DNA from: an uncultured bacterium
GTDB lineage: Bacteria > Desulfobacterota_D > UBA1144 > Nemesobacterales > UBA2774
Reading direction: 5' to 3'
NCBI GenBank assembly: GCA_963705505.1
Contig: CAVPJU010000006.1
Span: forward strand, 192,001-256,000
Length of the DNA stretch: 64,000 nt
The notes below the pieces were generated by a model. It had not been told where the DNA came from and searched no databases. It was given only the letters and a program-made list of their open reading frames with translations. Each line of letters begins with the position of its first letter. Within the stretch, counting starts at the first letter, position 1. Shown here piece by piece: positions 42,235-53,293 of this stretch. A program made the translations under genes and the position numbers.

Positions 42235-43167
42235 TTGATTGGAAAATTCGTCCTCAGTCGCACACTAACCGGAATCTTCGTTATATTCGCAGTCGTGACG
42301 ATAACTTTTTTTCTTCTGAGGACTCTCCCGGGGGGACCGTTCGATACCGAGAAAAAACTCCCCCCGCAGATCAAGAAAAATATAGAGGCCAAGTACAAGC
42401 TCGACGAGCCCGTCTGGAAACAATATATCTTCTACTTGAAAAACCTCGCGTACGGCGATTTCGGACCTTCTTATAAGTATATAGACAGGTCCGTGAATGA
42501 AATAATCGCAGAGACGCTCCCCGTATCCGTCGAACTCGGGCTCATCAGCTTAATAATCTCCATAATCCTGGGGACAGCGATAGGAATCGTATCGGCGACA
42601 AAGCCGGGGGGAGCGTTTGATTTCATGTCCGTGGCGATCGCGACCGCCCTCGTTTCGGTGCCGAGCTTCGTAACCGGGGCGGTCCTGATTTACGTCTTCT
42701 CCGTCAAGCTGAGGCTGCTTCCGGCAGCGCTCTGGGGAGGTCCCGCAAATGTAGTCCTTCCGGCGCTCACCCTCGCGGCGGCGCCTGCGGCCTACCTTGC
42801 GCGGCTCATACGGGCGAGCATGCTCGATACTTCAAAAGCGCTATTTATCAGAACAGCGCGGGCGAAGGGGCTCAGCAATTTCACGGTGATTACCAAGCAC
42901 ATTCTCAGAAACGCTCTGATACCGGTCGTCACGGTGCTGGGCCCGATAACCGCATTTCTGGTAACGGGCTCTTTCGTCGTTGAACATATTTTTGCTATAC
43001 CGGGAACCGGCAGGTTCTTCGTAATGGCCGTCTCGAACAGGGACTACCCGCTTGTCATGGGAATAACGATCGTGTATACGATAATCCTCGTCCTTGCAAA
43101 CCTTATCGTCGATATCCTGTACGTAGTTTTGGACCCGCGTATCAAGTTCGATAAGGGCGGCATCTAG
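42235..43167 (+). CDS. oppB: Oligopeptide/dipeptide ABC transporter permease (OppB-like)
   Basis: PGGPF, GDFGPSY, FIRTARAKGL, KH.LRNALIP, VE.IF.IPG.G, RDYP. Confidence 0.85.
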   Translation: MIGKFVLSRTLTGIFVIFAVVTITFFLLRTLPGGPFDTEKKLPPQIKKNIEAKYKLDEPVWKQYIFYLKNLAYGDFGPSYKYIDRSVNEIIAETLPVSVELGLISLIISIILGTAIGIVSATKPGGAFDFMSVAIATALVSVPSFVTGAVLIYVFSVKLRLLPAALWGGPANVVLPALTLAAAPAAYLARLIRASMLDTSKALFIRTARAKGLSNFTVITKHILRNALIPVVTVLGPITAFLVTGSFVVEHIFAIPGTGRFFVMAVSNRDYPLVMGITIVYTIILVLANLIVDILYVVLDPRIKFDKGGI

Positions 43168-43169
43168 AT

Positions 43170-43904
43170 ATGAAGACCATCAAGCTTACAATCGAATACG
43201 ACGGGACTAACTATGTCGGCTGGCAGAGGCAGCTATCGGGTCCGACCATACAGGAAAAGATCGAAACGTCACTCCGAGCCATGACCGGGGAGAATATAAA
43301 ACTCTCGGGGTCCGGCAGGACAGACTCCGGCGTGCACGCTCTCGGACAGGTCGCGAGCTTCAAGACCCAGATCAGACTCAGTCCCGCCGAGATTCAGAAA
43401 GGGCTCAATTCCATGCTGCCGAAAGATATAGTGATAATAGCCGCGGAGGAAGCGGACCCCGGCTTTCACGCCCAGCTCTCCGCCGAGAGTAAAACCTATA
43501 TCTATAAGATATTGAACCGTCCTTTTCCGTCCGCTATATTGAGGGAGAGGGCTTGGTTCATGCCTTACCCGCTAAACGCCCGCTTCATGAACGAAGCCGC
43601 CCGTATGCTTCTCGGGGAACACGACTTCAGAGCCTTTACACAATCCGAATCGTCCGTTAAGTCAACTGTCAGGACCGTTCTTCACGCCGGTATCGAAACC
43701 AAGAGAGATATTCTGGAATTCCGTATCGAGGCCGACGGATTCCTTAAAAGAATGGTCAGGCTTATTGTCGGGACCCTCGTTCAGGTCGGTAAGGAAAAAA
43801 TTACCCCCGAGCAATTCCATGAAATTCTGGAATCGGGGGAAAAAACGAAGTTCGTGCACGCTGCACCCGCCCGCGGGCTGTACTTAAAAGAGGTCAGATA
43901 TTAA
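43170..43904 (+). CDS. truA: tRNA pseudouridine(38-40) synthase
   Basis: YDGTNYVGWQ, GRTDSGVHA, FHA, G.HDF..F, FL.RMVR..VG, AP..GLYL. Confidence 0.95.
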   Translation: MKTIKLTIEYDGTNYVGWQRQLSGPTIQEKIETSLRAMTGENIKLSGSGRTDSGVHALGQVASFKTQIRLSPAEIQKGLNSMLPKDIVIIAAEEADPGFHAQLSAESKTYIYKILNRPFPSAILRERAWFMPYPLNARFMNEAARMLLGEHDFRAFTQSESSVKSTVRTVLHAGIETKRDILEFRIEADGFLKRMVRLIVGTLVQVGKEKITPEQFHEILESGEKTKFVHAAPARGLYLKEVRY

Positions 43905-43968
43905 TTCATGTATAATCCCTTGCGAACGCCCGAAACGTAGAATATCCGCTCAGGGGAGGTAACGAAAT

Positions 43969-44728
43969 ATGAAGATTCTGAGATTCGAAACACACGATAT
44001 AAAAACAAGATACGGCACTCCCGCCTACGGCAAAATAAAAGAGCTCGAGGGCGATATATTCGGGAAATTCAAAATTACCGAGCATACGTTCGATCCCGAT
44101 GAAGTTAAATTGCTCCCTCCCGTAACGCCGACGAAGATAGTCGCGGTGGGACTTAACTACAAGGACCATGCAGCGGAAATGGGGAGGGAACTGCCCGAAG
44201 AGCCCCGGATATTCATCAAGCCCAGCACATCTGTAATCGGACACGGGGACAAAATAATATATCCGGGTCATATGTCCTCACATGTCGATTACGAAGGGGA
44301 GCTCGCACTCGTGATAAGAAAGACGGCACGGCATGTCGAAGAAGCCGATGCGCTCGATTACGTGCTCGGCTACACATGCCTAAACGACGTCACGGCGCGG
44401 GACCTACAGGCTAAAGACATACAGTTCACGCGGGCAAAGGGTTTCGATACATTCGCCCCCGTGGGCCCTGTAATCGAGACCGACGTCGACCCGAGCGACC
44501 TCAAGATATCGACTTATTGTGAACGGCGAAAGGAAGCAGCATTCAAGCACTAAAAACCTGCTCTTCAGCGTGCCCAGGCTCGTGAGCTTCATATCGAAGG
44601 TTATGACACTCCTGCCGGGGGACATTATTTCGACAGGCACTCCCGCCGGGGTAAGCCCCATAAAGAGCGGTGATAAAGTGGAAGTGGAGATCGAGGGCAT
44701 AGGCGTGCTTTCAAATTACGTCGAGTAA
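43969..44728 (+). CDS. Fumarylacetoacetate hydrolase family protein, one frameshift near 44518
   Basis: [38 protein letters not shown], then TL.PGDII.TGTP.GV in the next frame. Confidence 0.9.
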
Positions 44729-44758
44729 TTCCGCATAGGACATCTCACAGGCTCCCAG

Positions 44759-46725
44759 TCAGTAGTTCATATTAGTTTCGTTCTGAATCGATTTCGCTTC
44801 GTTTATAATTTCAGGATCAGCAGTAAATTCGAGAGCTGCTCCAGCCTGCTCCATGGCTTTCTGTCTGTCTCCGAAGGCCAGATAAAGCTTAGCAAGAAGG
44901 ATATTCGCTTGGGCAAATCTCGGGTCGTATTTAAGCGCATTCTTGAGCGAGCCCTCTGCAAGCCTGTATTTATCGACGGATTTCTCACGAATTGCTTCTG
45001 TGAAATATATCGACCCCAGAAAATAATGAGCCTTAACGAGTCCAGGGTCTTTGTCGAGCGCTTTCAGGAGATACATCTTTGCATTCTCCGGATCATTTTT
45101 TTTATAAGAAATAAAACCCATATAAAAATAATACTGGCTCCGCATACCCAGGGCTATATTCAAGGGCCGCCTTAAACCATTTTTCAGCTTTTACGAAATC
45201 TCCTTTAGCAATATATGCGATGCCGAGTCCATGTGCGGCCATAACTCTGCCCCTGTAATCACTATCAATAGCTGGACTCAGCGCCGTTAAGAACTGATTT
45301 ATGGCCTCATCGGTTCGTCCTGTTGACTCGAGCGCTTCACCATACCTTAACTTTGGGACAATCTGATCAGGGGATTTCCTCACAGCCGCTTCCCAAAACG
45401 TGAGTTCGTCCCTCCAATTCTCTTGCCCCTTTACAATTACAAACAGATAAGACACGCACAACAATCCCCCGATGACCCAGCTCAGCCATTTTTGTCCGAT
45501 CAAGCTACCCGCCCTCACAAGCAAGTACCCTACGAGCATGCAGTAGCCCGCCGAAGGCACGTAAACGAACCTCTCGGCAAAACGTGTTATCGCAAGCGGA
45601 TATAAAGCGATAATTACGGCGGGACCGAGAGTCGCGAAAATCCACAGGAGCGAGAAGGCGGAAACGTTCTCCTTTTTCCTTATCGAGATCACGAAAGCCG
45701 CGGTAACAGCAGCCACGAGCAATAGCGAAATAATTATGTGCGACGCGTCTCCGCCCGCAATAGTCCCAATGAAGTGGTTTAAATCGTATGGGAAGAGCAG
45801 TTTCTCAATATAAAATAGATAAGTCCCAAGAAAAAGGGTTATGAATACCTCCGGGGCCAGTAAATCTCCCCTGTCGGGTGTGAAGCCGCTTATCACCCAG
45901 CAAGCCGGAAAAATTCATTATAGACCCGAACCTGGTGTAAAAGTAAAAAACGATCAGAAGAGCGATCATCAGGTACTTGAAAATACTGGCGCGTGCATAG
46001 AATCTCCTGCTGATGAGGTCAAAGCCGAGGATAATGATGGGGAAAGAAAAAGCGACCTCTTTAGAAAGAAATGAAAGATAAAAACAGATACCTGCCAAGA
46101 TAATGAAAAGAAACTTTCTATAGGACATGATATAGAAGATAAGACATAACAGGAAGAACATCGCCGCAAGCAGATCGCCTCTGGCGGCTATAAACGAAAC
46201 CGATTCGACATGCAGCGGAAATAGGGCAAAAAGCATGGCCCCGAGGAACGCTTCGCTCTTTCCGCTCCCCCTATTAAATTCCTTAAACAGGAGGAGAATC
46301 AGGAAGAAAAGCAGTACCGTAGACACGGAATGCAGAACTGATATTGGTCAGATGAAATCCGAACGGGGATACGCCCCAGATCCTGTTATCTATGACGAGT
46401 GAAGCAAAATAGACCGGCCTGAAATACTTGTCTGTGCTTTGCATTCTTCGACCTTGAGGGGACTAATCAGCTTGAAATCCAGATGGGAGGATTTGAGATT
46501 TGGGGCCCAAGTTTTGACATAGGTAATATCGTCCCAAACGAGGCCGTTTCGGAGTGAGGGAATAAACACTGAAAAAGAAACCAGAAATAATAACGCGGCA
46601 GCGAACGCCCTGTGCATTAATATTCGTTTGATTCTTCCGTCAGCCAAGCCCCCGCTTAGGGAAGGCCCGGCGGACCGCCTTTCCGCAGGCTCCTGTTTTG
46701 GTTTTTTTCTTTTCCTGCTTGCCAT
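44759..46725 (-). CDS. TMTC-like membrane glycosyltransferase with C-terminal TPRs, fragmented by frameshifts
   Basis: NGLVWDD, FALFPLHVESVSFIAARGD, SKE, AERFVYVPS, W..ELTFW, then TPR repeats, across four ORFs. Confidence 0.75.
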
Positions 46726-46786
46726 ACTTTTAATTAAAAACCTTTGTTATTGAAATAGGAATTTTCTCCGCACTAATGAACCGGGT

Positions 46787-48570
46787 TCAATCCGTGGATT
46801 CTATTATCCTCCCGGCTTTTTGAGCCAATGAATCTGTGAGGCCGCTATTCAATGGCAAGCCTTGCGTTCTCCCTCGCTTTTTCTCTTTCCCCGAGCTCTA
46901 AATTCACCATGGCAAGCAAGAGATATGCTTTGCCGTACGAGGGGCGGATTTTTAATGCATTCGTTATATACTTTTCCGAGGTCCTGAAATCCTCCGGCGA
47001 CCCGCCTGACTTTCCCTTTTAAATAGCTGACAAGCCCCAGGTGATAGCTGGTCTTATAATATCCGGGATCGTATCCGTAGGCTTTGAGAAACCATTTTTC
47101 TGCGTTAGGGATATCCTCCTTGCTAATATACACAACGCCGATATTGTTAGCTGTCACCGACCTTCCGGTGTCATTGATTTTTACGCCTTTGTCGAAATTC
47201 CTGAGAAGCTCCCTCAAGGCTTCGTCATCCCTGCCGGCGTCGAGGAGAGCAATACCGTAATTTATACGGGGAATAGAGCTCAGAGGGGACTTCTTTACAG
47301 TATCCTCCCACAAGGTTAAACCGTTTTTCCACGCTCCCTGCCGATCGACGGTAAATAATAAATAGGAAGCCGCCAAAAGAAAAGCTAACGCCAGAGAAAC
47401 CTTTTCTTTCCCGACGCTCTTTCCCAGGTGAATGAGGGCGCATCCGAGGAGCAGGCAAAAACCGGCTGACGGTATGTATAAATACCTCTCCGCTACAGGC
47501 GTCGAGGCGATATCGGATAGAGCTACGAGGGCAGAGGGGAAAAGCGTGACCAGTATCCAGATCAGAGAGAACCCGGCTACGTTCTCCCTCTTCATTATCG
47601 AATATAATACCGAAAGCGATATGAGGAAAAATACTATAATCGCGGAAATTATATATAGCGGCCCGCCGGGCACCGATTCGATAAAGGCGTTAAATTCGAA
47701 TGGGAAAAGGAGCTTCGAGAAATAATAGAGATATGAAACAAGCATGACTTTTATTACTCCCAGGAGCCCGGCTGCACCGCCTGCGCCCGCGGGACCAGTG
47801 ACCTCGCTCAATACCCTCATTTGCGATAGCTCCGGGAAATTTATAAATCCCCTCCCCCTTAAATAAAGGAATAGCGCAAGAAGGCACGCATACACCGCAT
47901 ACCTCGCTATACCGGCCGGCCTCCACAGCCTCCGGCTCAGAAGATCGAAAGCCAGGGCCGCTAACGGAAATACCACCGCCACCTCTTTTGACATGAGCGA
48001 GAGCGAAAAGCTGACCGCTGTCAGGAGGATGTAGAGAGGATTCCTCAATGAAAGTATATGGAATATAAAAGCGAGGAAGAAGAAGAGGGCGCAGAGCACA
48101 TCCGGTCTCCCTGAAACCCAGGATACGGACTCCACGTGCATGGGGTAAAAGGCAAAGAGGATGCCGGCAATAACGGCTGCCGTATCTTTTCTTTCGAATT
48201 TGAACTCCCCGAGCAGAAGAAGGACTAACAAATAGAAAAAAACCGCGGAGAGGGCATTGAAAACGATGTTGCTCAGATGAAAGCCGAAAGCCGAAACCCC
48301 CCAGATCCCCTTATCCAGAACCATAGAAATATAAATCAGGGGACGGTAATAGAGAGCCTCCTTGTTTTCCGCCGGGGGAGGCACGGTTATAGAGCCTATC
48401 CTCGATGCATTGAGCGCGTAGTAGCTGTTTTCAATAGTCTCCACGTCGTCCCAGACGAATTCGTTCCTCAGGGAAGGAATATAGACCCCCAGAGCAATGA
48501 GGAAAAAGAGAAGAGAAACCAACCACCTTTTCCGCAGGAAGCTCACTAATCTTACCTCTCGGGAAAGCAA
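46787..48570 (-). CDS. TMTC-like membrane glycosyltransferase with C-terminal TPRs, frameshifted near the 3' end
   Basis: NEFVWDD, YYRPL, FHLSN, FAFYPMHVESVSWVSGRPD, SKE, AERYLYIPS, WKNGLTLW, TPRs. The alternative frame ends ...GRIIESTD-stop at 46787. Confidence 0.8.
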
Positions 48571-48737
48571 CGCCTCTCCGTAACCTGTTATTCGGCTAAA
48601 TACCGAAAATGAAAAATTATTCTACGCTTTGGGTATTTTATTTCAAACCCGGCATTTGTGACGGGGAGGGCTTCCGCCCGAGTTCCGCGGTAGGTAAAAT
48701 ACGATGCGTTTAAAAAAGATCGAAAAGGAGATGCAGA

Positions 48738-49811
48738 TTGCCTAAGGTACTCGTACTTCCCGGTGACGGTATAGGTGTTGAAGTTACTAATGTGAGCCTG
48801 GACATACTCAAAATATTGGGAGAGAAGCACAGGACCGAATTCGAATTCGAGACCGAGCTATTCGGGGGAAGCTCGATTGACGCGCACGGGGTCCCGATAA
48901 CAAAAGAAGTGCTTAAAAAAGCGAAGGCCTCGGACGCGGTTTTGATGGGGGCCGTAGGGGGACCTAAATGGGAGAACCTCGAGCATTCGAAGAAACCGGA
49001 AAGCGGCCTCCTCGCAATTAGAAAGGAGCTCGACACATTTGCCAACCTGAGACCCGCCGTCGTATACCCCGCACTCGCAGACGCCTCGACGCTGAAGAGG
49101 GAAGTCGTCGAAGGGACGGATATCATGGTGGTGAGGGAGCTTACCGGCGGTATATATTTCGGCACCCCGCGGGGAATAGAGAAGATATCCGAGACCGAGG
49201 AAAGGGGGTTCAACACGCTCGTATATACGACCGGGGAGATCGTAAGGATCGCGAGGGTCGCCTTCGATATTGCAAGGAAGAGACGCAACAAGGTGACGTC
49301 CATAGACAAAGCGAACGTGCTCGAAGTGATGCAGCTCTGGAGGACCGTCGTGACGAGGGTCCGCGATACGGAATATCCCGATGTGGAGCTTGAGCACCTG
49401 TACGTGGACAACGCAGCCATGCAGCTCATAAGAAGACCCAGGAGCTTCGACGTGATGCTCGCGGGCAATTTGTTCGGCGACATTATTAGCGATGAGGCAG
49501 CGCAGCTAACAGGCTCTCTCGGAATGCTGCCATCGGCGAGCATCGGCGCCGGGGCAATCTACGAGCCTGTCCACGGGAGCGCTCCCGATATCGCCGGACA
49601 GGATATAGCAAACCCGATAGCCTCGGTGCTCACTTCGGGGATGATGCTGAAATACTCATTCGACATGGACGAGGCCGCAAACGACATCGAAAATGCCGTC
49701 AGATCGGTGCTTGATAAAGGATACAGGACGGCAGATATATACCAGGAAGGGACTAAAAGAGTCGGGTGCGCGGAGATGGGGAAGCTGATTGCCCGGGAAC
49801 TTAACGGCTGA
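48738..49811 (+). CDS. leuB: 3-isopropylmalate dehydrogenase
   Basis: PGDGIG.EV, GAVGGPKW, ANLRP, RELTGGIYFG, DKANVL, NLFGDIISD, EPVHGSAPDIAG. Confidence 0.96.
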   Translation: MPKVLVLPGDGIGVEVTNVSLDILKILGEKHRTEFEFETELFGGSSIDAHGVPITKEVLKKAKASDAVLMGAVGGPKWENLEHSKKPESGLLAIRKELDTFANLRPAVVYPALADASTLKREVVEGTDIMVVRELTGGIYFGTPRGIEKISETEERGFNTLVYTTGEIVRIARVAFDIARKRRNKVTSIDKANVLEVMQLWRTVVTRVRDTEYPDVELEHLYVDNAAMQLIRRPRSFDVMLAGNLFGDIISDEAAQLTGSLGMLPSASIGAGAIYEPVHGSAPDIAGQDIANPIASVLTSGMMLKYSFDMDEAANDIENAVRSVLDKGYRTADIYQEGTKRVGCAEMGKLIARELNG

Positions 49812-49837
49812 AATCCGCCCCGTATATACTATTCAGA

Positions 49838-52800
49838 GTGAAAAACAAAACCCGCTTCAAATATGAAAGCGTAAATAAGACGCTAGACCAGAGCGGTAAA
49901 TTCAGAAGCCTCTGTAAAAAGATCGAGGCCGGGGAGAGGATAATTCCGCTTTCGGGTCTTGAAGGGTCGTCAAAATATTTTCTCATTCAGGCTCTATACA
50001 GGGCTTTTGACAGACCCATCCTTTTAATTTCCCCCACCGGAAAAAAGGCGGAAGCCGCCTCTCAGGACTTGTCCTTTTTTCTCGGCAAGAAACCGCCGGT
50101 CCTCTTAAAAAAAGAAATAGGGAGCGGGAAACCCATATTTTCCTCGACCGCCACGAGGTCGGGCTCCAACCGGATAGCCTGGCTTGACTCCGCAATCAGG
50201 GGAGACGTTTTAATCGCCGAAACATCGGGCCTCTTTGAGAAAACGATCCCAAAAAAAACTTTTGAGGATTCGGTCATCCGGATCGAAAGAGGGGGGATTC
50301 TCGAGAGGGATGAGCTGATACGGAGGCTCACGCAATCGGGCTACGTGCGTACCGACTTCGTTCAGAACGAGGGCGATATAAGCTCGAGGGGCTCCATAGT
50401 GGACGTATTTTCCCCCGGAGGCGAAAACCCGGTGAGACTCGAATTTATCGGGGACGAAATAGGCTCGATCAGACATTTCAGTCTCGAAAGCCAGAAATCC
50501 ATGGACAAAATAGAGAGCGTCGCGGTCCTCCCGGCATCCGAAGTGATACTGGGCCCGGATTCGCTCGCAAGATCGATTACTTATCTTAAAAACAGGGCCG
50601 GCGAAAGCGGAATCACCGCCCGCGAAAAATTCCCCGTCATAGAGGAGATCGAGAAAGGGGGCAGGATCCCGAACATCGAATGGATGCTCCCGGCTTTTTA
50701 CCCGTCTCCGGGCTCGGTGCTCGATTTCCTGCCCGGGAACGCCCTGATCATAACGGACGATCCCGAAGAAAACTCGAATGCAATTCATCGCTTCCGCGAA
50801 ACGATCGGCGAGACGAAGGCATTTTTAACAAAAAACCTGAAGATCGCTCCCGGCATAGATGAGCTCTTTTTCACCGAAGACGAGGTCAAAAAGGCGATAG
50901 AAAGATTTCAGAATATACCGATACACGACCTCGATACCGCCGGGGCGAAAAAAGAAGTAATCCGTTTCAGCGGAGAGTCCGTCTCAATCGAGATCAGAAA
51001 GGAATCGGAGTCTCCTCTCGACGCGATAGAGGAAAGGATTTACGAGGACCGGCAAGACGGTTACTCGCTCCATTTCGTTTTCAGGACTCATACGGAGCTT
51101 GAGAAATTACTTATTCTCCTGAAAGAGAGGGGAATAACAAAAATAGATGCGTACACGGGCGAGTTATCGCGCGGCTTCAGGTTAGCCGAAGCGAAAATAG
51201 AAATCATAACCGAGGGGGACATATTCGGGGAAAAGAAGGAGAGGGCGGCTCACAGAAGGGGTACGGATGTCCCGTCCGCATTCATCACTTCGTTCAGCGA
51301 GCTCAAGCCGGGCGATTACATCGTGCACGTGGATTTCGGCATAGGGATATTCAGAAGCCTCAAGAGGCTCAGGATCGGGGACTCCGAGGGGGACTTTATC
51401 CAGTGCGAATACGCCGGGGGAGACAAGATCTACGTGCCTATAGACAGGCTCAAGCTGGTCCAGAGGTACATAGGCGAGGGCAAGTCGCCGAAAATAGACA
51501 GGCTCGGGCAGGAGAGCTGGAAGAGGCGCGTAAGGAGGGTAAGGGCAGCCGTCGAGAACGTGGCGAGGGAGCTTCTCGAGCTCTATGCCCGGAGAAAAGC
51601 GCTCAAGGGATACGGTTATTCCCCGCGGGGCGAGATGTTCAGGGAGTTCGAGCTCGGATTCTCATACGAAGAAACACCGGACCAGGAAGCGGCGATCGAG
51701 GAAGTGATGGACGATATGGAGGCGCCGAGGCCCATGGACAGACTGATCTGCGGGGACGTCGGGTTCGGGAAAACGGAGGTAGCGCTGAGAGCGGCCTTCA
51801 GGGCCGTCACGGACGGCAAGCAGGTCGCATTCCTCGTACCCACCACACTTCTCGCAGACCAGCATCACAAGACGGCCGTCGCGAGACTGAAGGGCTACCC
51901 GGTCGTCATTGAATCGCTGTCCAGGTTCAAGACGGGCAAACAGGAGAGCGGCATACGGTCGAAGCTCGAAGAGGGGAAGATAGATGTTATAATCGGCACG
52001 CACAAGCTTCTGAGCGACAAGATAAAATTCAAGGACCTGGGGCTCGTGATAATCGACGAAGAGCACAGGTTCGGAGTGTCTCAGAAGGAAAAGCTCAGAA
52101 AGATAAAAGAGGGGGTCGATACGATTTCTCTGAGCGCGACCCCTATACCCAGGACGCTTCAGCTCTCACTCGCCAAGATACGGGATATCAGTCTTATAAA
52201 CACGCCCCCGGAAGGCAGGCAGACTATAGAGACGTATATACATCACTCGAGCCCGGAGATCATACACGAAGCGGTGACGAGAGAGCTCGAGCGCGGGGGG
52301 TGCGTATTCTTCATCCACAACCGCATAGAGGATATCTACCGTGTCGCGGACAAAGTCAGAAAGCTATTTCCCGAAGCCAGGATCGAGGTCACACACGGAA
52401 GGATGAGGGAGAGAGACCTGGAAAAAGCGATTTCAAATTTCATAGAAGGCGGAATAGACATACTCGTCACGACAGCGATCGTGGAATCGGGGCTCGATAT
52501 TCCGAGAGCCAACACGATAATCGTCGACGACGCCCACACGTTCGGGCTCGCGGACCTCTATCAGCTGAGAGGGAGGGTCGGGAGGTCGGAGAGGAAGGCA
52601 TACGCATATTTCCTCGTACCGGGAGCGGGCTCCCTCACACTCGACGCGAGGAGGAGGCTGAAGGCGATATCCGAATTCAGGGAGCTCGGCTCGGGGTTCA
52701 AGCTCGCGCTCTCGGACCTAGAGATAAGGGGAGCCGGACAGCTTTTCGGAGTCGAGCAATCGGGACATATAGCCGATGTCGGGCTCGAGCTTTATCTCGA

Positions 52801-53293
52801 CATGCTGGAGGGAGCCGTAAGGAGGCTCGAAGGACACCGGGCGGAGGACGAACCCGAGCCGGATATATCCGTAAGCTCGCCGGCATTCATACCGGACGAT
52901 TACGTCTCAAACGATTCGGAGAGACTGCTCATATACAAGAGATTGTCATCCGTGACCACCGAAGAGGGGCTCAGGGAAATAACGGGGGAGCTCCGGGACA
53001 GGTTCGGTGAAATCCCCGCGCCCGCGTCTTCGCTCGTCGAAATCATAGGCCTGAAATTACTGATGAAAAAACTCAGGGCAGAGAAAGCCGACATAAGGAG
53101 CAAGAAAGCCGTTATAATGTTCTCAAAAAATTCGAAGCTCTACGACAGGTTCCCCCCGGCGGGAAAATTGGAGGCCTACTTCGAGAAACCCGACCCCCTC
53201 GGGGAAACAAAAAAACTACTCGAAAACCTTAGAAATGCCGATGCCGGAGAAAAAATACAAGGGACAAAATTCAGAGGAGACAAGAGAGCATGA
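49838..53293 (+). CDS. mfd: Transcription-repair coupling factor
   Basis: UvrB-like N-terminus, CarD-like RID, CGDVGFGKTEV, DEEHRFG, SATPIPRTL, QLRGRVGR, TRCF domain. Confidence 0.96.
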   Translation: MKNKTRFKYESVNKTLDQSGKFRSLCKKIEAGERIIPLSGLEGSSKYFLIQALYRAFDRPILLISPTGKKAEAASQDLSFFLGKKPPVLLKKEIGSGKPIFSSTATRSGSNRIAWLDSAIRGDVLIAETSGLFEKTIPKKTFEDSVIRIERGGILERDELIRRLTQSGYVRTDFVQNEGDISSRGSIVDVFSPGGENPVRLEFIGDEIGSIRHFSLESQKSMDKIESVAVLPASEVILGPDSLARSITYLKNRAGESGITAREKFPVIEEIEKGGRIPNIEWMLPAFYPSPGSVLDFLPGNALIITDDPEENSNAIHRFRETIGETKAFLTKNLKIAPGIDELFFTEDEVKKAIERFQNIPIHDLDTAGAKKEVIRFSGESVSIEIRKESESPLDAIEERIYEDRQDGYSLHFVFRTHTELEKLLILLKERGITKIDAYTGELSRGFRLAEAKIEIITEGDIFGEKKERAAHRRGTDVPSAFITSFSELKPGDYIVHVDFGIGIFRSLKRLRIGDSEGDFIQCEYAGGDKIYVPIDRLKLVQRYIGEGKSPKIDRLGQESWKRRVRRVRAAVENVARELLELYARRKALKGYGYSPRGEMFREFELGFSYEETPDQEAAIEEVMDDMEAPRPMDRLICGDVGFGKTEVALRAAFRAVTDGKQVAFLVPTTLLADQHHKTAVARLKGYPVVIESLSRFKTGKQESGIRSKLEEGKIDVIIGTHKLLSDKIKFKDLGLVIIDEEHRFGVSQKEKLRKIKEGVDTISLSATPIPRTLQLSLAKIRDISLINTPPEGRQTIETYIHHSSPEIIHEAVTRELERGGCVFFIHNRIEDIYRVADKVRKLFPEARIEVTHGRMRERDLEKAISNFIEGGIDILVTTAIVESGLDIPRANTIIVDDAHTFGLADLYQLRGRVGRSERKAYAYFLVPGAGSLTLDARRRLKAISEFRELGSGFKLALSDLEIRGAGQLFGVEQSGHIADVGLELYLDMLEGAVRRLEGHRAEDEPEPDISVSSPAFIPDDYVSNDSERLLIYKRLSSVTTEEGLREITGELRDRFGEIPAPASSLVEIIGLKLLMKKLRAEKADIRSKKAVIMFSKNSKLYDRFPPAGKLEAYFEKPDPLGETKKLLENLRNADAGEKIQGTKFRGDKRA

